Part shown: positions 58,227-64,000 of the stretch, piece after piece | Layout: the number at the start of each line of letters is the position of its first letter | How positions within the stretch are numbered: the stretch's first letter is position 1 | Assembly: GCA_963719165.1 (NCBI GenBank) | Contig: CAVRAV010000001.1 | Coordinates: 2,065,954 to 2,129,953, forward strand | Reading direction: 5' to 3' | Origin: an uncultured Actinomycetes bacterium | Lineage (GTDB): Bacteria > Actinomycetota > UBA4738 > HRBIN12 | Length of the DNA stretch: 64,000 bases | The notes under the pieces: generated by a model | Database searches by the model: none | Told to the model about the DNA's origin: nothing | Seen by the model: only the letters and a program-made list of their open reading frames with translations | Program-made: the position numbers and the translations under genes

Positions 58227-59372
58227 CTAGGCAGCCACCCGGTAGATCGCATTGGAGTCGCTGAAGTAGATGCGGCCGTTGGGCGCCGTCTCCATCGAGT
58301 AGATCGCGCCGCCGGGGCTGTTGAACACGACGGCGGAGGAGCCGCTCACATCCGTGCGTGCGGGGTTGAGGCGCACCACGCGGAGCTCCCCGTTCCCGTT
58401 GACGCAACCGAAGAACATCCTGCCCTGATAGCGGGCCCCGAGTCCGCACCCGTCGCAGAACGCGTTGCCCGTGATCCCGATGGTGTTCGTGAACCAATAC
58501 TTGGGCATGTGGCGAGGTTGGGGGCCGCTGTTGTTCGTATCGCGGGGCGCGGGCAAGCTGCCGCAGCTCTCGTTGGCGCCCCACCCGAAGTTCCCGCGCT
58601 TGGTCAGCAGGTTGATCTCGTCGTTGCAGGCGGGGCCGTTCTCCGTCTCCCACAGGCGTCCGGTCTTCGGGTCGAACGTGAACCCGAACGAGTTGCGCAC
58701 GCCGTAGGCCCAGACCCGGCTGCCCTTGTAAGGGTTCGTGGCAGGGATCGAACCGTCGGGATCCATCCTCAGCATCTTGCCGCGGAGGTTCGCCGTTCGG
58801 TCCTGGGCGTTCGCGTCGTTGTGACCGTCGCCGATGAATACGTAGAGCTTGCGGTCGGGTCCGAACTGTATCCGCCCGCCGTTGTGGTAGGGGTCGGACG
58901 AGGCCGGAGACTGCACCAACGTCTTGAAGCCGACGCCCCGTCCCTTGTGGGCACGGATCCGCAATACGGTGTTCTTCAAGGCGCCGCCCACCCGGCGCGT
59001 GGCGTAGACGTACACGAAGGCCTTCACGGGCCACGACGGGTGCAGGTCGATGCCGAGGGCGCCGCGCTCGCCCGCGCCGTTCACCCCCGGGATCGTGAAG
59101 AATCGTCGGTCCTTGCCGGTGGCGGGGTTGAGGATGCGGACCTGGCCCGTGCCACGCTCGAGATAGAAGATCCGCCCCTTAGGTGTGAAGGTGAACGCGG
59201 CGGGGTCGTTGAGACCCCCCTTCACCAGCTTGGCCGATGGGTGACCCGCCGCGGCCGTGGCGTGCCTACCGGAAGAGGCGAAGCTCGGTTGCGCGTTCCC
59301 CGCCGCGAGGCTCGAGGCGAGCAGGGCGAATGCCAGCGTCTGGGTGAGACGTCGCCGTGAGATGTGGGTCAT
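58227..59372 (-). CDS. PQQ-dependent sugar dehydrogenase (soluble aldose/sorbosone dehydrogenase beta-propeller), secreted
   Basis: A signal peptide, then GLNDPAAFTFTPKGRIFYLERGTGQVRI, HNGGRIQFGPDRKLYVFIGDG, LRGKMLRMDPDGSIP and YGVRNSFGFTFDP. Confidence 0.85.
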   Translation of the reverse strand: MTHISRRRLTQTLAFALLASSLAAGNAQPSFASSGRHATAAAGHPSAKLVKGGLNDPAAFTFTPKGRIFYLERGTGQVRILNPATGKDRRFFTIPGVNGAGERGALGIDLHPSWPVKAFVYVYATRRVGGALKNTVLRIRAHKGRGVGFKTLVQSPASSDPYHNGGRIQFGPDRKLYVFIGDGHNDANAQDRTANLRGKMLRMDPDGSIPATNPYKGSRVWAYGVRNSFGFTFDPKTGRLWETENGPACNDEINLLTKRGNFGWGANESCGSLPAPRDTNNSGPQPRHMPKYWFTNTIGITGNAFCDGCGLGARYQGRMFFGCVNGNGELRVVRLNPARTDVSGSSAVVFNSPGGAIYSMETAPNGRIYFSDSNAIYRVAA

Positions 59373-59442
59373 GCGGTCGCTTCCCTTCCGTGTCGGCCGC
59401 GCGTGGGGTCCTTCGGTAGATGCCCGGCGCTAGCATGGGCCT

Positions 59443-61752
59443 GTGACCATCGTGCCCCCTTCGATGTTCGGCCTCCCGGTAGCGAGAACTGAAGACCCGA
59501 GGTTCCTGCGAGGCGAGGGTCGCTACCTGGAGAACCTCCCCATCGAGGGGGCACTGCGTGCGGTGTTCGTTCGCTCCATCATGCCGCATGCTCGCGTCCT
59601 GGACGTGGACGTCGCCGACGCGCGCGCGCTGCCGGGCGTCGTGGGCGTCTTCCTGGCCGACGATCTGGGCCTTCCGCAGCAGGCACCCAGCGGCAACGTG
59701 GAGGGGGCCTCCGGCACCCTTGAAGGTCCGTTCGGGCGGGAGATCTTGGCCCGAGGGATCGTTCGATACGTCGGCGAGCCGATCGGGCTCGTCGTGGCCG
59801 AGACGCTGGGGCAGGCGCTCGACGCCGCGGAGGTCGTCCTCCCGGACTACGAGCCGTTGCCGGCCGTCACTGACGTCGAGGCCGCGATTGCTCATGGCGC
59901 GCCGGTGCTCTGGCCCGAGGTCGGCACCAACGTGGCGTACTCCTTCGGCTCGAACGAAGACCTCGACGTCTTGGCGGGCGCCGACGTGGTGGTGCGCGGC
60001 AGGTTCGAGAACCAGCGCGTCGCCCCCGTGCCCATGGAGGCGAACGCGTTCGCCGCGGTTCCCGCTCCCGACGGTTCGTTCGTGATCTGGGTCTCCACCC
60101 AGGTTCCCTTCGACGTCCGGCGCGACGTGGCGGATGCCCTGGGGATGGACAAGGCCCACGTGCGCACCATCGCGCCGGACGTCGGAGGTGGCTTCGGCGC
60201 GAAGCTGCAGATCTACCCGGAGTACCTCGCGCTCGCGCGGGCCGCGCAGCTGCTCGAACGTGCGGTGCGGTGGGTTGAATCGCGCAGCGAGAGCATGCTG
60301 AACCTCACGCACGGACGGGCTCAGATCCAGCGGGTGGAACTGGGCGCCCGCCGCGACGGCACGCTCGTGGGCATGCGGGTGGAGCTCCTGGCCGACATGG
60401 GCGCCTACCCGATCGGCGCGTTCCTGCCCGTCACCACGCAGGAGATGCTCTCCGGGGTCTATCGCTTCGGGGCCATCGCCTGTTCCGGCCGCAGCGTGGT
60501 GACGAACGCAACCCCCGTGGCGCCCTACCGCGGCGCCGGTCGCCCGGAGGCGACCGCGTTGGTGGAGCGCGCCATGGACCTGCTGGCCGGTGAGCTCGGC
60601 ATGGACCCGGCCGAGGTGCGACGGATCAACCTGATCCCGCCCGAGGCCTTCCCTTTCGTCACGGCGTCGGGCACGACCTACGACGTTGGTGCGTACGAGG
60701 CCGCGCTGGACGAGGCCCTCCTGCGGACCGGTTACGACGACGTCCGTGCCGAGCAGGCCGCCCGGCGGGCTCGGGGGGATCACGTCGCGCTGGGCGTGGG
60801 GCTGTGCACCTACGTGGAGATCACGTCTTTCTCGTCCAAGGAGTTCGGCTCGGTGGAGGTCCGCGAAGACGGGACGATCGAGGTACTGACGGGAACATCG
60901 CCACACGGTCAGGGGCACGAGACCGCCTTCGCGCAGATCGTCTCTTCGGTCCTAGGGGTGGCGATCGGATCGATCACCGTCGTGCATTCGGACACCGGCA
61001 GGGTGCCGCGCGGCGCGGGGACCTGGGGATCGCGCTCCCTCCAGGCGGGCGGGTCCGCCGTCTTCGAGCACGCCACCGCCGTGATGGACAAGGCGCGCTC
61101 GATAGCCGCGCAACTCCTCGAGGTAGATGGAGCGGACTTGGTGGCGACGCGGGACGGCCGTTTGGGCGTCGTGGGCGCGCCGGAGCGATCGGTGGGATGG
61201 GGCGAGCTCGCGGCCGCGGCCCGTGGCGGCGCGGTCCCGGGAGACGGCGAGTCGAGACTCGCCTCCTCCGGCACGTTTCGCGAGCCCGGGTCCACGTTCC
61301 CGTTCGGCACGCACGTGTCCGTCGTCGAGGTCGACACGCAGACCGGCGACGTGCGGCCGCTGCGGCACATCTCGGTGGACGACTGCGGCAGGATCCTCAA
61401 CCCTCTGCTCGTTCAGGGACAGGTGCACGGGGGCATCGCCCAGGGCATGGCGCAGGCGCTCTACGAAGAGGTCCGCTTCGACGATCTCGGCAACCCCATC
61501 ACGGGGAACCTCAGCACCTATCTCATGCCGTCGGCGGCGGAGCTCCCCTGGTTCGAGTCTTCGCACACGCAGACGCCCACGCCGCTGAACCCGTTGGGCG
61601 CCAAAGGCATCGGTGAGTCGGCGTGCATCGGATCCACGCCCGCGGTCCAGAACGCCGCCGTCGACGCTCTTGCGCACCTCGGCGTCACACACCTGGATCT
61701 CCCGCTTTCGCCCGAACGTGTCCTGGCGGCCATCCGCCGCGCCGGCGTCTAG
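59443..61752 (+). CDS. Xanthine dehydrogenase family molybdopterin-binding subunit (form II CoxL-like)
   Basis: GTG start. VARTEDPRFLRGEGRYL, the active-site loop APYRGAGRPEA (AYRGAGR type), and a C-terminal GAKGIGES. Confidence 0.9.
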   Translation: MTIVPPSMFGLPVARTEDPRFLRGEGRYLENLPIEGALRAVFVRSIMPHARVLDVDVADARALPGVVGVFLADDLGLPQQAPSGNVEGASGTLEGPFGREILARGIVRYVGEPIGLVVAETLGQALDAAEVVLPDYEPLPAVTDVEAAIAHGAPVLWPEVGTNVAYSFGSNEDLDVLAGADVVVRGRFENQRVAPVPMEANAFAAVPAPDGSFVIWVSTQVPFDVRRDVADALGMDKAHVRTIAPDVGGGFGAKLQIYPEYLALARAAQLLERAVRWVESRSESMLNLTHGRAQIQRVELGARRDGTLVGMRVELLADMGAYPIGAFLPVTTQEMLSGVYRFGAIACSGRSVVTNATPVAPYRGAGRPEATALVERAMDLLAGELGMDPAEVRRINLIPPEAFPFVTASGTTYDVGAYEAALDEALLRTGYDDVRAEQAARRARGDHVALGVGLCTYVEITSFSSKEFGSVEVREDGTIEVLTGTSPHGQGHETAFAQIVSSVLGVAIGSITVVHSDTGRVPRGAGTWGSRSLQAGGSAVFEHATAVMDKARSIAAQLLEVDGADLVATRDGRLGVVGAPERSVGWGELAAAARGGAVPGDGESRLASSGTFREPGSTFPFGTHVSVVEVDTQTGDVRPLRHISVDDCGRILNPLLVQGQVHGGIAQGMAQALYEEVRFDDLGNPITGNLSTYLMPSAAELPWFESSHTQTPTPLNPLGAKGIGESACIGSTPAVQNAAVDALAHLGVTHLDLPLSPERVLAAIRRAGV

Positions 61753-61762
61753 GGTGTCGGCC

Positions 61763-63568
61763 ATGCCCGCCGGTGACGACCGCACGCCTCTGTGGGAGCG
61801 CCGATTCCGCGCCCCCACGCTGTCGATGCCCGACTGGTCGCCGCTCGCACCCGACCGGGTCGTCTATGCGAGCACGGAGAGCGGCGTGTGGCAGGTCCAC
61901 GCGTGGGATGCGACCACGGGCGCGCGCCGGCTGGTGACCGAACATCCGGTCGGGGTGATCACCGGAGCCCTCACCCCCGATGGCGCGTCCATCGTCTACT
62001 GGCAGGACGAGACCGGCGACGAGTCCGGGCGCTGGTACGCGCAGCCGTTCTTCGGCGGCGAGCCGCGGCCGTTCCTCGACGGCGTTCCCGCGGGCTGGAA
62101 CGAAGGGTTCGCGCAAGCCGCGGGCGTGGTGGCCGCCAGCATCAGCGATCGCGACGGGTTCGCCCTGTTCGTGGGCCTCGACGACGAGCCCGCCAAGGAG
62201 ATCGGGCGCAGCCCGGAGTTCCTGGCCGTGGGCGGGAGCCCCGGCGGGTTCAACCGCGCAGGTCTGTCCGTCGACGGCTCGCTGCTCTGCCTCGAGCACA
62301 GCGAGCATGGCGACGTCCTGCATCCGGCGCTGCGCGTGATCGATCCTCGAACCGGCGCGGTCGTGGGCGAGCGACTGGATGAGGGCAGGAGCCTCGCCGC
62401 ATGCGCGTGGGCGCCTCTGGCGGGGGACCGACGGCTCGCCGTCGTGCACGAACGGACGGGCGAGGAGTCACCCGCCATCTGGGACCTGGGCGACGGCACG
62501 TGGACCGACCTGGAGACCGACCTGGGCGGCCCGGTGGAGATCGAGGGCTGGTGGCCCGATGCCTCAGCCATCCTGCTCCGGCACGCGTTCGAGGGGCGTC
62601 ATCACCTGTACCGGTTCGACCTCGCGTCGGGGGAAGCGACCCCCGTCGATCATCCCCCCGGTCACATCTCCGCAGCCTCGGTGCGTCCGGACGGCCGCGT
62701 CTGGTTCCGCCACAGCTCGGGAGGGCGCGCCGTCCGCATCCTCGACGATCGCGGCGACGAGGTGCTGGCGCCCGAGGGGCGCCGAGCGCCCACGGGACGC
62801 GCGTACGTCTCATGGAGCTTCGACAATCAGCACGCCCAACGGGTCCATGGCTTCTACGTCACGCCGGAAGGCACGGGTCCGTTTCCGGTCCTCATGCACC
62901 CCCACGGCGGCCCCACGTGGCTCGACGAGGATCGCTGGTCCCCGGAGGTTCAGGCCTACGTGGACGCGGGCTTCGCCGTGGCGCTGGTGAACTACCGCGG
63001 CTCCACGGGCTACGGGGCCGACTGGCGCGACACGTTGGTCGGCGACATCGGCGGCCCGGAGTTGGAGGATCTGAACGCCGGCCTCGCCGACCTCGTCGCC
63101 CGCGGCATCGCGGATCCGGGCCGCGCGGCCGTGGGGGGCTGGTCGTGGGGCGGATACCTCACCCTGATGGAGCTCGGCAAGCATCCCGAGCTGTGGCGAG
63201 CCGGGGTGGCGGGCGTCCCGATCGGGGACTACGTCATGTCCTACGACGACATGTCCCCCTACTTGCAGGCGTACGACCGCGCGCTCCTGGGAGCCGCGCC
63301 GAAGGACGTGCCCGACCTGATGCGCGAGCGCAACCCGATCAATTTCGCGGATCGCGTCCGCGTTCCGGTGTTGTTCGTCATCGGCGACAACGACAGTCGG
63401 TGTCCGTTGCGTCAGGCCATGGCGTACGTGGACAAGCTCGCCGAACGCGATCATCCCCACGAGGTTTATCGGTTCGCCACGGGCCATTCCTCCTTCGACA
63501 TCGACGAGGACGTGCGTCAGGTGGGGACGGTGCTGGCGTTCCTCGAGCGCACGGTCCTCACGCGGTAG
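61763..63568 (+). CDS. S9 prolyl oligopeptidase family serine peptidase (acylaminoacyl/dipeptidyl peptidase-like)
   Basis: From ATG 61763. An N-terminal beta-propeller, the nucleophile GWSWGGY, and later GDNDSRCP and GHS. Confidence 0.9.
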   Translation: MPAGDDRTPLWERRFRAPTLSMPDWSPLAPDRVVYASTESGVWQVHAWDATTGARRLVTEHPVGVITGALTPDGASIVYWQDETGDESGRWYAQPFFGGEPRPFLDGVPAGWNEGFAQAAGVVAASISDRDGFALFVGLDDEPAKEIGRSPEFLAVGGSPGGFNRAGLSVDGSLLCLEHSEHGDVLHPALRVIDPRTGAVVGERLDEGRSLAACAWAPLAGDRRLAVVHERTGEESPAIWDLGDGTWTDLETDLGGPVEIEGWWPDASAILLRHAFEGRHHLYRFDLASGEATPVDHPPGHISAASVRPDGRVWFRHSSGGRAVRILDDRGDEVLAPEGRRAPTGRAYVSWSFDNQHAQRVHGFYVTPEGTGPFPVLMHPHGGPTWLDEDRWSPEVQAYVDAGFAVALVNYRGSTGYGADWRDTLVGDIGGPELEDLNAGLADLVARGIADPGRAAVGGWSWGGYLTLMELGKHPELWRAGVAGVPIGDYVMSYDDMSPYLQAYDRALLGAAPKDVPDLMRERNPINFADRVRVPVLFVIGDNDSRCPLRQAMAYVDKLAERDHPHEVYRFATGHSSFDIDEDVRQVGTVLAFLERTVLTR

Positions 63569-63610
63569 ACCGACCCGGGCGCTCGGACGGTCGGCTGCTA
63601 CGGTGGCCGG

Positions 63611-63871
63611 ATGCCCACCTGGCTGCAAGTGCTCATCGCGATCCTTCTCGCATACGGGATCTGGCGGGTGGGGATCGCGTCGCTGCGATCGTTCATGCCG
63701 CCGGAGGACGGGCCCGAGGGTCCCCGCGAGGTGGAGGACGTGGATGACCTCGATGTCTTCCTCGTGTGCGGCGAATGCGGCACCGAGTTCAAGGTTGCCC
63801 GTCTCGGCGAACTGCAGGTCCCGCGCCATTGCGGGGAGAGGATGCAGGTCGTGCAGCATCCTTCCGGCTGA
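63611..63871 (+). CDS. Small membrane protein with C-terminal zinc-ribbon-like motif
   Basis: An N-terminal TM (WLQVLIAILLAYGIWRVGIA), an acidic linker, then CGECG...HCGERM. Confidence 0.5.
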   Translation: MPTWLQVLIAILLAYGIWRVGIASLRSFMPPEDGPEGPREVEDVDDLDVFLVCGECGTEFKVARLGELQVPRHCGERMQVVQHPSG

Positions 63872-63877
63872 GCGCGG

Positions 63878-63925
63878 GTTTCCACCGCTGTGGATAACTC
63901 CGGTGGAAGATCACAAGCTTGTGAT
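63878..63925. promoter_or_regulatory. Second DnaA-box module (perfect TTATCCACA) followed by a 16-bp perfect palindrome
   Basis: GTTTCCACC-GC-TGTGGATAA-CTCC-GGTGGAAGA (63878-63910) mirrors the dnaA-proximal TTTTCCACC-AC-TGTGGAAAG-GCTC-TGTGGATAG. It is followed by ATCACAAGCTTGTGAT (63910-63925). Confidence 0.45.
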
Positions 63926-63939
63926 TCGCGCGCGGGCGA

Positions 63940-64000
63940 TCAGTACCAGAACATCGTGCCGACGAAGCCGAGCGCGATCAGGCCGAGACCCGCGAACAGC
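63940..64000 (-). CDS. C-terminal end of a membrane protein (partial, runs off the window); CrgA-like ending possible
   Basis: The reverse strand reads ...LFAGLGLIALGFVGTMFWY followed by a stop. Only 20 codons are visible. Confidence 0.35.
   Translation of the reverse strand, partial: LFAGLGLIALGFVGTMFWY

Overview
High-GC (roughly 70 percent by eye, not computed) actinobacterial chromosome segment centred on the replication-origin neighbourhood. On the minus strand it carries parB-parA-rsmG-jag-yidC-yidD-rnpA-rpmH. On the plus strand it carries dnaA-dnaN-recF-DUF721(DciA-like)-gyrB-gyrA-DUF3566, then tRNA-Ile and tRNA-Ala. Upstream lies the block conserved in mycobacteria as Rv3907c-Rv3915: cca, NUDIX/MutT4-like, Rv3909-like, murJ, an ECF sigma (SigM-like) with its anti-sigma, trxB, trxA and cwlM.

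Several apparent lineage-specific insertions interrupt this backbone:
- DUF1028 plus an orphan pilT between cca and the NUDIX gene.
- A TauE exporter after the NUDIX gene.
- A TadE/G-like gene translationally coupled to murJ.
- An LLM oxidoreductase, SDR, PLDc_N protein, aminotransferase and ddl between cwlM and parB.
- An M23 peptidase after gyrA.

The left end holds two MFS transporters, MarR, TusA/DsrE, a matrixin-like protease, sodX/sodN (Ni-SOD), ychF, a MerR-HTH/TOBE regulator with modABC, lepB and a CtpE-like P-type ATPase. The right end holds accessory metabolism and peptidase genes.

No rRNA, CRISPR array, transposase or recognisable defence system was seen.

Most notable observations:
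1. cwlM is split by a -1 frameshift at a G6 run.
2. A decayed ~3.1 kb integrative remnant is bounded by a duplicated 5-prime half of tRNA-Ile and carries a broken tyrosine integrase.
3. The three-DnaA-box module in front of dnaA recurs, with a perfect TTATCCACA, in a convergent intergenic region 26 kb away.
4. ParA carries a ~210-aa acidic tail ending in a MinD-like basic amphipathic motif.
5. One protein is built from seven exact 23-residue repeats.
6. A convergent intergenic gap contains a possible 6C-type sRNA.

All calls come from reading the translated ORFs and the sequence. No database search was run.
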